The notes: generated from the letters alone by a model not told the origin. A stretch of 64,000 nucleotides of DNA from Basidiobolus meristosporus CBS 931.73 (GCA_002104905.1 MCFE01000237.1:55707-119706), one strand, 5' to 3'; shown: positions 14,501 through 29,172, counted from the first letter of the stretch. Numbers and translations are program-made.

Positions 14501-16427
14501 CTCTCATGTTACAGACTCGGAATCGCCAGCGAGTAACAAGCTTGGATTCTTCGATTCCTGGCTTGCCAATCCACTTGTTGGACTGGCCAATCGTATTGAT
14601 GCCAAATCGCCCGTCAAGTCCCGCATACTTTCGCCAACCTCCGCACAAGACACCAAGGAGTTAAAGAAAAAGAAGTCCGAAATTAATGAAGCGGAGATCT
14701 TAAAAACCGTGGAGCAAGTCGCTGGCTATGTTGCCTCGCTACCACCTTATCGTGGTCTTACCAATGCTATCCGGTTGCATTTCCAATTGACCATTCTTGA
14801 GGATGACGACGAAAAATTAATTACTTGGGTGTCTTCATCTTTCATCCCACACGCTCCAACATCTGTTGCAGTACCCTCCATGTGGTCTATCATGTCCTCA
14901 AACATCGAGCACGTTCCGAAATCTGCACCTGTGGAGAAACCGGTGTACATCGGATTGACAAATAAGACGATGTATATGTTTTCACCGCAAATTATACCTT
15001 TGCCCGAATCCACTTCTACGGTCGAGAACAGTCCTGCCAAGCATATGAAATTGCTATATGCAATCCCAATTTCACTAATCTCAAGGATTGACATTGGGCC
15101 CAATCGTCAAACATTAACCGTTCATCTGAATCTTGCCTCTTATAATGGCTCTACTTCTGTTCCAGCCCCGGTGTCGCTAACCCTGCCACCGCATTCGATT
15201 ACGATCTTGATCAGAGATCGCCTGGTTTGCTCCGACTTCCTGAATTCATTAGTAGAGATATGCTACGATTACGCGATGCATGTAGAGGAAGGCAAAGTGA
15301 AAGTAGTGAACCATGACATTGAGTGGGCAGTTAAAAATATACGACGACAGGTATTGATCAGCGAAATGGATTCGAAGTTGGAAAATCAAGAGAATTATCA
15401 CTTGACTGGAGCGGACCCTGCTAGCAGTGAAGCGGTGATTGTGGATAAAGTGACATTTGATTTCTTCAAGATTTATCATCTGGTAACTCGCCTGATCAAG
15501 CAGCCGAACTCATCCCCGGAACTATCCCAGTATCGCACTGAAGCGTTGACTCTGGTGGGGACTGAAAAGTACCTTTACCTCTGCGAAGAACGTCACGATG
15601 TCTGGCCTCCAGCTGTCACCAATATCGGGGAAATTATGGACACACCGCAAAACTCTCCGAATGTCCGGAAAGCTGAGGGTAGATGGGGAAGGAAGAAGAA
15701 CAACCCGTTAATGGCCAGCCTAGTTGAACAGTACAAACGGGTTGAGGTAGTCCCCATTTCATGGATCAGCGAGGTAGAAAAGATCAAGAAGGGAATGAGC
15801 ATGATCATTGGGAAAGAGAAAGAAGGCCCAAATGTTGGTTGTACCGCCGCAGGCTGGGAGGTGTTGATACGGATCACATTTAACAGGGAGAACGAGGAAA
15901 CAGACTCCAAGTCTGAACGCTCGGTTAAATCAGGAATTATCCTTCAAAACCCACCTCCACCACTGAATGTTGACGAAAATCAACCAGACTCCGAGAAGAA
16001 CCAAGAGGAGGAAAAAGGAGCCGAAAGTGTAGCGGACGTTGCTCCGGAAGAAGAAAATGCTGTGGCCAACGATGACACAGAAACCCCTATCCCTGAGGAC
16101 AAAGCAGACGGTGCGAGCACTGACATCCAAGAGGACTCGAAGCCCGACGATGAGCAAGCCACTATAGTTGAACCAAAGATTGAGACGCCCAAGGACCCCG
16201 ATACGCAGAGTGTCACCTCCAGTGTCGGGGGAATCAATGAAACTTCTGTGAAGTCCGAAGATACAAAGGAAGTGGAATCCGAAAAACACGACAGCAATGA
16301 GGAATTGAGTAAAATTATCTCGTGGAATATATTGTACACCACTCAAGCAAGTGCAGATGAATTCATTGAGAATCTACGTGGCGTGTGGAAAGATATCAAG
16401 GGGACCGAATTGAATGTACTAGAGTAG
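11599..16427 (+). CDS. STK11IP/nischarin-like protein: N-terminal LRRs, Zn-ribbon (CLNC...CPVC), C-terminal PH-like domains; intron near 12697-12767
   Basis: SDS22-type LRRs in ORF 11545-12735 (LDLSYNRLKSLCGL) splice to the 1215-aa ORF. Domain order resembles STK11IP. Confidence 0.65.
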
Positions 16428-17017
16428 TCAAGAAGGAGCCCATATTATTATAGCTACGCTGTTTCAGGGATTCGTCTCTTCTGATTACCTCAGGAATGGA
16501 CTACTAATTCTCCTCACTTTCCGCCAAGGCTTGCTGATCTGCCATTTCTGTTACTGTCATTGCACCATATTTGAGGCACATCTATTTTATACAATCACCA
16601 ATCCTGTATCTTATATTACTTGTTCATTTCAAACGATTCTCTAATTTAGTGTTCTATCTAGCTAAGCACGCCTCTGAAATATTGAATCGACTTTTTAACC
16701 AATAGCAATATCTGGAAAATGTCCCACGTTATTTCTTAATGCGACCTATATATTATCGATGCTAACAATCCTGAAGAGCCATTGTAGCTTGGTCGCTTGT
16801 ATAGACAGCCATTGCTGAACATGTATTTTTTGGTAAATTGGCCTCAGATTTGTGTTTACGTTCCATCCCTAGTATCCATGGGAATAAATTATTCAAGAGC
16901 CCAAAAAACAGTCTCGGCTCACCAGCCTACGCTTGGCGTCGGTATTCAATCGGGAGAGAGAATATAATATATTAATCAAAGTTCACTACATAATATTCTT
17001 GGAGATTCGTTTCTGGC

Positions 17018-17600
17018 TCAGTCTAAACAGAATGTGTATGTGTGGCTGGGAGAAAAACCTGGGTGCAGAAGAGGCAACTTAGAGCTACTCAAAATCCTGA
17101 GCTTGTGCATTGGTGCGGGTGCGGGTGCATCGCATTGCAGGCAAGCAGCTTTCGATTTAAAATTGTGGAAGGAGCAACAGGAGCAGACCCAGCCACCTTG
17201 AACATTTGAAGGGCTGGGTTTTTCGGAAGGGGCTGGGTTGGGGGCATCCCAATTCTTATACGCTTGGCGAGAACCGAAGTTTTCATATCCACAGCCGGGA
17301 CATTCCCAGTCTCCTGGCCCTCCGGAGAAGGACCTTGGCAATTGTTGCAGTTATCACTATATCCGAAATTATAGAAGGCACAGCTGGGACAAACCCAGTC
17401 TCCCGGACTCACTTCGCGATTGCCTTCGGCTTTCTCCCCACACTGGAAGCAATTGGAGCGAGAAGCAAAGTTGTGAGTTTGGCATTATGGACAGTTCCAA
17501 TCCCCAGGACGGAAGCGGCTGAAGTTACGCTCCTGAATCTGTTGATAATAGTTAAGTATCGGGCCAACGGAAAGTCTTGACAAAACTTGTACATACTATC
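17018..17600 (-). pseudogene. Disrupted RanBP2-type zinc-finger (four fingers) RNA-binding protein gene
   Basis: Four W-x-C-x2-C-x3-N-F fingers. Finger 1 has an in-frame TAA (RPGDWNCP*CQTHNF), a 1-nt frameshift separates fingers 2 and 3, and finger 3 lacks its second Cys pair (AYKNW). The 5' end is unresolved. Confidence 0.7.
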
Positions 17601-19146
17601 GAGATAGAAAGGGCCTTAGGAGCATAGGGACGGAGCAACTTACTAGTGGAAGCAAGGCGCTGGCTTAACTGGCCAACAACGCGGAGGCTCGCTAGTCTCC
17701 CGGTAGGGCTAGAGATCGCACGAAATCCAACAATTGGATTGTTTGTGACTGATGGGGATCTATATGAGGTCACTTGGGCGAGGAGCGGCTCCAAACAGTA
17801 ATAGCATGATTGAAATGGATTCTGGAGATGTTTCTGAGTACAATGTATAGTATCTACAAATTTAAACTTGTATTTGCATTCCCCTTACAACATTGTTGTC
17901 GTGGGTGTATCAAGCGCGAGTGGGGCATTCGTAATTGAGACATTCACACACCCACCACCAAATTGTACAAATTACCTCGGTTTGTGTTGGAACTGTTGGA
18001 CACCATCACATCAAACACCAGCACAACCCAGCATCCTGTGAGCATCATTTGTGTTGTCTCGGATACACTTGTGACTCTTGATTGGAGAGGGGATGTTAAA
18101 CATTCGATATTGGGGCTATGAACTACCCATCTGATCTTGATAACTCTAACAGGTTATGGGCTTGCGAACACATGCGGCCTATAGAGAGCAGGATTGAATG
18201 GTAGTTCCATGCCGATCAATACCATGTTCAAACACAGTCATATCGAGATGAACTTCATCTTCGTATTGGTAATGGGTCGGCCACTGAGATGGAAGCACGG
18301 CAGTCCCATTGTGGGAGTAAATAAGATAGGCTGTTTCAGTCAAGTGACAGGGACGCTTCTGACCTCCAGATCTGAATCAAACAATGTGGCCTGGTATTGA
18401 AATGATAAACTGCCCGTAGCCGAGATCAACGGCCTCTGCTTAAAGAGTAATCTTCCCTGCTTCTGAAACCCAACTGTAGAAAGAGGATCCTTACATCTGG
18501 TTGGTGTTGTTTCATAAGTAACCAGATCGCCTTCACCGAAGACACATTCTGGATCCGGCGCAGTACCGCCAAGTCTACGAGTACATTGGATCCACTTCCA
18601 TTTAACTATATTTATGTATTTTCCTGGGTATCAGCCTGTGGCAGGGATTTCCCACACCGCATCCGTTGGACAGTCTTGAATGCACGTTCGCTGGACAAAC
18701 ATCGGCTATTCCGATTGATGGTAGGCCATTCCTAACATGCCTTTCAGACGGTTACTACAGATAGGCTTCAGCCTATATGCGCTAGTTCTACGTAATGGAA
18801 ACCATTTGTGCAGCAAGATGACGCTGCCATGCTTTGTCTTAACGTGCCAATGGCCGTGATTAAATGGTGGATTTAGTAAATTAACTTGTTCCTAGGCGTG
18901 TCCATAGTGGATAGTATGATTTGAACAAAATTATGGATGTGGTTCATTCCGCGAAATTAATATACTTAATGTACAACGCTTGCACAGGTATGGAAGAATG
19001 GAGTCGGACCGAGACTTGCAAGTAACACACTTACATATATATACTTATATACTTCAAAGCTATGGTTTTTGCGTGTCACGAAGGCGCGCCCAGAACTTTG
19101 ACTAATCTTGGCTTGTATTGGTGCTGGAGATTGATGCGCTATAGGC

Positions 19147-20287
19147 TCAGCTTTCAAAACTGTCCTGTGTGTACCAGTTATAGAGGGAGACTGGTAGATT
19201 CTCCTCTACCGGAGCTTGCGACTGAAAGTGAAATTCACAGCCGCCTTGGATCGTGGGTCCTGAAGACAACCAAGGGGACAGCAGCGGGTTTGGTTGTGAT
19301 GGACATTGTAAATTCGTGGGTCGATCAAGCAGAGGAGCATACGAGTGTGGGGTTGTCTGCAGGGAGCCATCGAACGGCCACATGAAGTTTCCATAAGATG
19401 ATGGGTTCACTGGGCATGGATTCAGTATTTCACTCTTCTGAAACTTGGTTAGCGAAGGAGCCATAGATCCTGTCCTCATATTTGGCTTGAGCGTGGTTGT
19501 GGGATTCCCCACTTTGGCAAGTATGTTGTTCTGTAGCTGTTGAGCAAGCTGCTCCAATAAAGCTCGTTCCGAGAGGAGTTTCTGGCATTGAGAGCATTTT
19601 TCCCCACTTTCAGCAGGGGAATCACCATTGAGATTACCCATTCCGCGCGTTTCGTGAGGGAACGAAAGGTTCCTCTGTAGAGGTATTTCCTCCGTACATT
19701 CATTAACGCTGCTGTTGTCACTTGAGCAGTCCTCGACGCAGCTTTCAGAGTATGATGTTAAGTTGCCAGGGTTTCGGGGAACCACAACAGAGTCTGGCAC
19801 GGCAAGTTTGGCCGGCTGCCGAGTGATTAAATGGAGCAGATCTATACGATTCTGTCGGAAATTGATGTGACTAAAGGCCGAGGCCGAATGGTTCGTCGAC
19901 GCTTTCCCGCGGCGAGCATCAGATATTCTTCGGAAGTCGTATTTCTATCAGAGATTGGAGATGCTGGAATGAATTTAAATCACCTTCACATGCAGAATTG
20001 AGGAGTGCTTACATTGAGCTGCCGAACGAAGGAAGTGAAAATTGAGGTCTTAAAGAATATGGGAAGAACCACAGTGGCAAAGAGGGTGCTGTCCTGAATA
20101 ATGAAGCTGTCTCCTGAGGCACTCCAGCGAATAAACCGGGTGTACTTGTCACTTTCCAGGATTCTAGAAGGAAGACGTACGAGTTAGCTGGTAGCTACTG
20201 CAGGTGTCTGTGTGGACTCTACCTGTAGAGCTTTAAAACAAACAGCGAGATATCCTGCGTGGAGTCAGACAGGGAATTGTCGTCCAT
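19147..20287 (-). CDS. HSF-type DNA-binding transcription factor, two introns
   Basis: Spliced [29 protein letters not shown]...[24 protein letters not shown] is the HSF DNA-binding domain and joins ORF 19147-19800. ATG at 20287. Confidence 0.85.
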
Positions 20288-21389
20288 TGGGTGAAAGTAT
20301 ACTAGGGGAAACTGAAGAGATCCCTCTTCCAAGGCTCTTTATAAAGCAATATGCTCGCTAAGACGGGCTTATTCCATTTTCAAGTGAAAAGGATCTACCA
20401 CCGATCTACATTAAAGAGCAGAAGATTTGAGCGAAGAATCCTTTGTTTATGCTTAATTGATCAAGCCACGACTGAATCTTTCCAAGACTTCGATCTCCCG
20501 CAAACCAGGAGGCCCGGATAAGCCACCCTGATCAAAGGTCTGAAATCTTGGGGATGACAACAATTCAAGCCCTATATTCATTGATTCTGTGGTTAGAACA
20601 GAGTTCGTGAATGATCCGTTGATCCGTAGCCACAAGTGTTCACAAATAATTCCATAAAAGTCTGTAGCTCATAGGAAGCGGTAGGGTAATCAATTTATAA
20701 TCTTCATGTCTAACTGGAGCTAAGCTGTGAACCAGAAACCCACCTAACCATGGTTCCCAACAAAGGAAGATAGTCATATACACAATTGCCACTAACCGGT
20801 CTACTTGACACGGTGTGCACAAGTGCACATACAGGCTTACACAAACTAATTGTTCGAGCCAGCCAAAAATACTTATTTGCCACCAGCAACAACCAGGTTG
20901 TGACTGGACTCCAAAACATGGTGATTACCAATTATTAAGTATTCCGTTTATGGTCGATTAGTATCGCAGTCGGTCAACCCATGTTGATGGGGCTTTATTC
21001 ATACTAACGGAAACCATTTGACTAAATAGGCATATTGGCTGTTCTCATCTGGTGTACAAAATGCTCTCATAGCTGTACATTTCTCTATCCAATCTGCTGC
21101 AAGAGATTCATTAATTACCATCAATCGTGATTTGATAGAGTAGGCCACACTGGTTTGCGCTTGGCCTGTTTCTACTATTTCAGATGGCACATGCTTGTGG
21201 CAGTGGCAGTATGGGGTCCACGTGATTTCAGTAATACAGCACTGTGACTTTCAGACATCAATCAGATTAATCAGGGGTTGAATGGTTGATTAGTCCCATT
21301 GAAATACATGCCGCTATGGGATGATTCCTATGTCATGAAAAAGGACTGGTAAATCAATATTACGAAGATACAGTGCTACGACAACATTA

Positions 21390-24147
21390 ATGAGTAAAGA
21401 ACAGACGATCCTACAATTCGAGCCTTTCTGCAGTGCCATCGAAGCGCCTTTCTGGCACACGCTTACACAGCTAAAGATCGAGGAATTTAAACTTGATGAC
21501 GAAATCAAAGATATTACAGGTTATTACCAAATGCTCGGTGGTGTGTCTTTCACAGGCAAAGAAGGGGCGCTTCCCTCTCGATTATGTTTAGGAAATTTTT
21601 CGTATGAAGAGGGGACCGAAGAGTGAGGTTTATGCTTTCCCATCAACCAGTGCTAAAGATTAATGCTCGCTTTGGATAGTCTTCCGCCATTTTCAATTTG
21701 TGCACCAGGCTTCATCAAAAATACCAACACCATCGAGGAATTTAAACAACTTAATAAGAGTCAAACGCTTGCTGAGTGTGCTAAGAGGGTATATTGTGCC
21801 GTTAGTTTATACCACCGTCGATACAAGTCTTGTTAAGCGCTACTTTGTGACAGGTATTGGAGGACATCGAGTCAGGGGCTGCACTGAATACTCCTCATCT
21901 ACTTGCTCGCTTCATACTCCTCACTTTTGCCAATCTCAAAAACTACAAATATTATTACTGGTTCGGATGCCCCGCCTTAACTACCAACCCTACATATTCC
22001 TTGAGGGATATTAGTGGCCTCTCCTCAATCTTTGATGACAACCAAGTATTGTTTAGCTACACCCTTACCAGCCAGCCAGCCATCTAAATAAGCCTTCAAT
22101 ATGCAGATTTGTGAAATCCAATGTAAATATCAGGATTATCGAGGTGCCCGTCCCCAGGAACAGCATGGCTTCTTCGTTCTCAACCAAACCGGGGCCGAAA
22201 TCGAAATACTAACCTTGCAAGAAGCGAAAAATCTTCAAGCCTCTCAGGTTCGCTCGACACCATCATCGGCTTGGAGTTCGTGATTATTGATGTTTTCTCA
22301 GCTCATCTTTGGGTTTGCCGATCCTAGTAGCCTGCCCTCGAATCCCGGGTGGCCGTTGAGAAATTATTTAGCACTGATTCGACAGACGTTTAGTGTCAAT
22401 GAAGCCAGGATACTATGCTACCGCGAGATCATCGGCAAGAAAGATATCTCACCTAGCAAGCTCCTTCGTGTGGACTTGGATGTTCAATTGAATGTCGATG
22501 GTCAGGCTCACCTTTGATAAAACCCCACACAACCATTCGAGCTAACGATACGGAGCTCTAGAAAATAACCACCCCAAGTCGACTGGTTGGGAACGGAATG
22601 CCCAAGGCAAATTGGGTCCTCGTGTAGCGGACCTTGCCCCATTAATGGATCCTCACAAGTAACGAAAACTATTTCATTATGAATGTACACGCTGATAATT
22701 TTTATTTTGTACGAATTCAACAGACTAGCTAACACAGCAGTAGACCTAAACCTGAAACTTATGCGATGGCGTTTGCTCCCAAGCCTCAATCTAGAGAAGA
22801 TTGCTTCTCAGAAATGCCTGCTACTTGGGTCCGGGACGCTGGGCTGCTATGTTGCTAGGAGCTTGCTGGTAACTTATATCTCCCTATCTTCATGTCTTCA
22901 ATGTTAAATTTTTCACCTGCAATTCCAAACAGGGTTGGGGAGTCCGACACATCACCTTTGTAGACAATTCCCGCGTTTCTTTTTCTAACCCTGCACGCCA
23001 ACCTTTGTTTAACTTCGAGGATAGCTTGGGTGGCGGCAAGGAAAAGGCCAAGTGTGCCGCGGACAATCTCAAGAAAGTTTTCCCTGGAGTGGTTAGTACG
23101 GATGTAGCGTTAGAAGCCAAAAGCAAAAAAACTAACTCTCCCAAAGGTGTCCGAGGGGCATACAATTTCTATACCCATGCCTGGACATCCGGTGGTCGAT
23201 GCTGAAAAGAGTAAATCTGAAGTGGAAAAAATCGCCAACCTTATCAGCACACACGATGTGATTTTTCTTCTGATGGACAGTCGCGAGAGTAGATGGCTTC
23301 CCACACTACTGGGCGCCCATTTCAAAAAGGTGAGACGTCTAACAACAAGCCAATGTGTATATCGAGTAATGATCTAAGTCAGCTATAGTTAGTTGTCAAT
23401 GCCGCGCTGGGCTTCGATACCTATATGGTCATGCGCCATGGTGTTCCTGCTTACGGAGACCCCGCTGAAGCAAAGCCTGATGGCATGCAGCTTGGATGTT
23501 ATTTTTGTAATGATATTGTTGCACCAACCGACGTTCGTATTGTTCAAGCACTGTTAAGCCAGCAGCCACCATAATTACCTTTCCTTGTAGTCATTAAGCA
23601 ACCGCACATTGGATCAGCAATGCACTGTAACTAGACCCGGACTGTCAGCAATAGCTAGTGCGACCGCAGTGGAACTATTGGTATCCGTTCTTCAACACGA
23701 AGATGGGTATGCCATACATCATATACGACATTCGGCTTTAAGAACCTCGATTGATCACGAGTTTCAATATAGGGCCCTAGCACCAGCGGATAATTCTAGA
23801 TCCATATCGGAGTCAACCACCACCCCGTTAGGACTGGTGCCCCACCAGATTCGAGGATTTCTATCTCACTTCAGCCAAATGCTTGTCGTTGGCCGTGCTT
23901 ATGACAAGTGTACCGCATGCTCAAAGATTGTAAGTAATCATTCTATATGGAGATGTTCGGGATACTGACAATTGGCATTGTTTAGGTCCTTGATGCCTAT
24001 GCCGACCGAGGGTTTGAGTTCCTAAAGCAGGCATTCGATTCATCTGACTACCTGGAGGAAATTACTGGTCTTACCCAGCTGCACGCAGAAAGCGAATTAG
24101 CTGATTGGGATAGTGAGATTGATGACGAAGACATAAGCATCATTTAA
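21390..24147 (+). CDS. ATG7: Autophagy E1-like activating enzyme, multi-exon
   Basis: [72 protein letters not shown] and catalytic [11 protein letters not shown]. Confidence 0.95.
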
Positions 24148-25853
24148 AAGCGCCTGAGATACCTCAACAGGTGGTTGAAACATCCACCCCAGCAAGTACA
24201 ATAAAAGCCACAGCTGTTATTTATTCTACGGATTCCGCAGCATCATGCTAATCGCATGCTCTTTTCGATAACACCAAGAACATTGCGACTTCACTGATTA
24301 CATCATATATATATGCCACACACAATGCCCATGAGACGTACATATTCAACTTGCATGGCAAACTCTGGGCAACCTTTCTTTGTCAAGCTAGAAGTCATTA
24401 ATGGTTTATTACGCACCCTTGCGATATCGCTCCATTTGAACGCAACGTCCATTCCAGAACAGTGGGCGACCTTTACTGTTCCCGCGACTCAGCATCACCC
24501 TATGCCCCTTAAAAACACCACACGAGATTGAGGCTGTCCATGCATATTTCCCACAAGTGAGGTGACAATCTGAGAGTCATCGTGTACACGTAGACATATA
24601 CAAAGCGGCGAATAGAGGTAGCACAGGCAGTCATATAATTAGTAGCGTGTCTACTACTTTCTGTTTCTCGCCGAATGACGAGAAAATGGGAGCAGCTGTA
24701 GGCGGGGTTAAGATGTTTACAGTGGAGGTCTTGTTCTTGGAAGTCGCATTGTTAGTACTACGACGAAGTGTTTGTGAAATCCAGGTGAACATTGTTGAAG
24801 AGACTTGACTGGTAGGTGGACACCGACTGGACAAGTTTATATAAATGACAAGGTTCTGGTTGAACAGGGGGTCGTACAAACTTCTCCACGTAAAACTGCA
24901 CTTTGGAGGTGATTGATGAAGCGATTTGTAAAGAGCTGGATCAAGCAATCGAGACCAATAATGCACCTCACATGCTCAATCGATTGAAACCAATTGATTG
25001 GAGCTTGGTACACCAGGTGAAGACCGTAATATGTCCAGATTGGAACAAGTGCCGGACCAAGCCTTGATTGGGACACTGAAATCAAGAACAGCCTGGTTTC
25101 TGGTAATTAACCTACAGGCTCACACATGAATTGCGGCAACTGTGCAATCCACCCAATGTGCCATTTGAAATGAATTAGTAACCACAATCAGCATGTTTAT
25201 GGTGCCATTGATTTACGCGCTCTACATCACTTCACACAAACTCAAGTGACCGGTTTTAGTCAACGATACAGCGAGCACAGCACCTTGACCGGTAATCAAA
25301 ACCCCGATCTACCTAAATTTACCGTACATGCTACCGTTCCTGCACCCAATGGAACGAACATACCATTTTTCATTGATGCCTTACGTGGTGATACAATGTT
25401 GCCTGAAACACATCCCTTAAACATCGACGTGTCCCATGGGCATCGGGATTTTTCTAATGGGCCAGTGAATATAGAAGCGATTGTTGCATTCATTGAGCAT
25501 ACCAAGTGTTTCCAGCCTCCTGGCTAAACATTGGACTTGATTTTTTCCCAATGAATTATCCTTGGATTGTGTAATCGTTCATCAGCTCGCAATTGTAGAT
25601 GGATTTTTCTTAACGACACAAGATCATCAACCTGGCCTAGAGCGGTGGGTTCCTAGCTTGATTAATTTCCGAGTATCAGGCAGTTTTCATTCAGCGTATT
25701 CTCTGTATCAAGCCATCTCTTGCAACCCCCTTTGGCGCCAGTTTGCCCTTCATTGTGGGGATATCGAGAAGTGTACAACATCAAACACTTGTGGAGTGTT
25801 TATCTTGGGCTTTAGTGACCAAGAACCAGACAACTGTTCCTAAAACGTTGCCA

Positions 25854-26759
25854 ATGTCAGTAGTCATACCTTTTGCCACTTACGAAGATCCAGAGCCTGG
25901 TTTCCAGTTCCATTTGCCTTACCATACAAAATCCACCAATACACAGGCATTCCAGTCATACACTATCATGGGCAGCCCTCCTCATAGCTGGAGCGAGAAA
26001 GAGGACTACCAGCGAAGCCCAGAAGAGGGTTATGATATGTCAGATTCTCCAGGCATTCGGCATAGACTTCAAGGTAAACAACTAGCTTCCCACGAAAAGA
26101 AAGTCTCTTCCAGTGAATATGATAGTACCGAGAAAAAAGGTGATTTTTCTGGTGATTCAATGGCTGGTGGATACAGCGTCGGCCAAAGGAGTGTTAAATC
26201 TGGTTACTTTTCGGATAGTAAGAAGGACCCGAAGCCCACCAAAAACAGGGAACTGGGATTTGAAACGTCCGAGCACCTCGACGTAGGCCTTTCAGTAGTC
26301 CTGAACTCAGCTCACCATTTTCTCCAGGGCTTCTTGGTCCTTTTCAAAACCAACCAGACAGCATTTCTGGCAACAGCAGGCTGGCATCTTATCGTTGGCT
26401 ACTCCTTGACCAAGACTGCCGCCTCTTCACTCCTGGCACATGCCCACCTACCATCAGGTAGCGACCAACTGAATCCAACAACGATCCTTTTCTCCAAGCT
26501 CTTGGGGGAAATGAACACTCCATGGGCATTCCTAGCACTGATGGGCTTTCGAATGAAAGATATATCTTCGCAAAAGATGCTTCTTTTAACGTTCGCGCTT
26601 AGCGCAATTCTTCAACTTCGTTTTCATGTTAAATACTTGTCAAATCGACAACAGTGGAAGTACGTGTTCTCCAAACACAATATGGGATCGGCTGCGGTGG
26701 CATTGATAAACCTTGGGTGCTACTTGGCGTCAGTCCGAAGGAGTGGGCATTTGTTATAG
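25854..26759 (+). CDS. Hypothetical protein with disordered N-terminus and hydrophobic C-terminal helices
   Basis: Long open frame with ATG at 25854 or 25968 and several hydrophobic segments. No family recognised. Confidence 0.45.
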   Translation: MSVVIPFATYEDPEPGFQFHLPYHTKSTNTQAFQSYTIMGSPPHSWSEKEDYQRSPEEGYDMSDSPGIRHRLQGKQLASHEKKVSSSEYDSTEKKGDFSGDSMAGGYSVGQRSVKSGYFSDSKKDPKPTKNRELGFETSEHLDVGLSVVLNSAHHFLQGFLVLFKTNQTAFLATAGWHLIVGYSLTKTAASSLLAHAHLPSGSDQLNPTTILFSKLLGEMNTPWAFLALMGFRMKDISSQKMLLLTFALSAILQLRFHVKYLSNRQQWKYVFSKHNMGSAAVALINLGCYLASVRRSGHLL

Positions 26760-27373
26760 TGAGCTCGTCCAAGTCACCTCTAATTATTATATCAGACATT
26801 TTGAAAGCAGCACATTCGCCGATGGAAACATCGTTTTCCACGAAAGTACCTTGAGGGCTATTCGTGACGGTTCAACATATTAGTACATCGATGTTGCGCA
26901 GAAACTAAGTCTCCCTTCCATCTTTCACTAGCAAAGCGGTTCTACCAGCATTGGAAGACTAGGTATTTGATATATTGTGGAGGAGGCTTAGATTCGGCCT
27001 TCTTTGTAGGATTCGTCAACAATCGAGCGAGTGCATCACTTCGATTGATATGATAATAGAGGGTCATCAAACATGAAGTAGTGTGCGTAAATAATAAACT
27101 TGATTTAATTTTCGCCCACAGTAATGGCTGTGTGCTTGTGCAATGCAGGATTCCTGGCACCTTGCGGTGGGTGTTTCTACTAGTGGATAATGGGATCACC
27201 TCTAAGATTAAGCTTAATACGGGGGTAGCCAATCAGTTGATCATTCATATTCCGAAAGGTGCAACGGTTGAGGATTTCAAAATTTCCTGGAAAAATTTAC
27301 TCGTCCATCAGGCGTCATAAATAATGTAGAAATTATCACTTCCCGGAACCAAAGTGGCAAATACTTGACCCAC

Positions 27374-28743
27374 ATGTTGTCAATTCGTCCAGCCGTTTGG
27401 CGACATGGCCATTGGAAGAAAAGATATGCACTCACTAAGATTAGGGGAACTAATAGCTATACAACCCAAGTCTTGGCTGGCCACCAACCTTTCGACAAAC
27501 CCATTAGTGTTGCTCCTATGGTCGATGTTACCGATCCTCATTTCTTGCAACTTTTGAGGATTATCTCTCCTTCCAAAAGAAATATATACTACACCCAGAT
27601 GTACCATGTCAATGCCATTATCAATCGAGAGCAGAAATTGGACAGATTGTGTGGCCCGCCGGAGGAGAATACTGTGGTCCAAATAGGTGGAACCGAACCA
27701 GAAGCAATGGCACAAGCAACAAAAATACTGCAATCCGCCGGATTCCCCGAAGTGAACATCAATGTTGGCTGCCCGAGTTCCCGAGTTCAGGTATGCCTTG
27801 GCCAAGCTACAGTTACGCTTTGCAGCTATTGGGTATTAAAACATTCCTTACTTAGGCAGGTTCGTTTGGAGCCGTCCTAATGAAGACTCCGGAAAGAGTG
27901 CACGAGATACTGAAAAGCATCTCGAATATTGGAGTTACGATACCCATCACCGTTAAATGTAGAATTGGAGTAGACGAATACGATAGCTATGAATACTTGT
28001 GCGAATTTGTATGTGCTCTTATTCTCTCAAACCCGCAGACTTTCATCTCATCTGGCTTTCCTCCCTACTTAATTAGCTTGAGGCTATAACCAATCAAACA
28101 CCGGTTCAACATATCATAGTTCATGCTAGAAAGGCCTGGCTAAAGGGACTTTCCCCAGAAGAGAATCGAAGAATACCTCCACTTGATTACTCCAGAGTCT
28201 ATAGGTTACGGCAGGATTTCCCACATCTAAAGCTTACCATAAATGGTGGAATCGAAACGGTTGAACAGACCCGAGAGCACTTGAAGACGGTTCATGGCGT
28301 CATGTTGGGCCGTAAGAGTACGTGACTGATGCACCTTTACAAAGAGCTACCATGGTTTAGTTGCTAATACCCTCCTCCCTTAGTTCGAGAGAATCCAATG
28401 TTTTTAGACACTCTAGACCGTGGTACGTATTTATGAACATCGTCGATGCTGATCTCAGTACTTCTTGGAACAATAACCAACTTGCGCAACAGAACTACTT
28501 GGCGATACGCAGAAAGCTGAGCTTACCGAAGAAGCCGTTGTTCTAAGCTATTTAGATTATGCCATGAAATTGCATGAAAGGGGAGATATGAGTATCAGCG
28601 TATTGATAAGGCCGTTGTACAACATATTCCGCGGCGGGAGAGGAAGGGCGTTTCGACGGACCATACAGGCCAATTTGGCTCAAAGAGACACCTTGTCACT
28701 ACAAGAGATAGTTGTAGGTGCTCTTGAAGCCACTGTGCGGTGA
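27374..28743 (+). CDS. dusA: tRNA-dihydrouridine synthase, DusA (bacterial YjbN)-type, with introns and a probable mitochondrial presequence
   Basis: [24 protein letters not shown] and the DusA-specific [23 protein letters not shown]...INGGI. Confidence 0.85.
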
Positions 28744-29172
28744 TTCGAACCACAAATCACCCCTTCCGCAAGCACGCATTCAAATCATAAACTGCAGCCT
28801 CGCATTATCAAAATTATTGCATGTTCCTCTAGACACTTGAAACATTACTAAAGAGCGTTCAGCTATAGAATATTCACACAAATGATTTCACTTTCTTTTG
28901 AGCACTGTTGGCATAATGACTGGCTTATCCGTGATTTCCCACTAGTACCTTTACTCGATGAATCTACAGGCACCAGCCTGGGATTTGCTAATCCGCTAGT
29001 ATCAAGTAAATCTGCAAGGGCATGGCCGTGAATTATCACAACGGCTATAAGTGCTATTTATAAAATTCTGAGTTTCGTGGATTTTTTTTGAAAAGGAATT
29101 TTTCGAGATAACATTTACAAAGCCCGAAACCTAAGATTCACTATCCAAGCCTCTTCGTGCAGTATACTAGTC

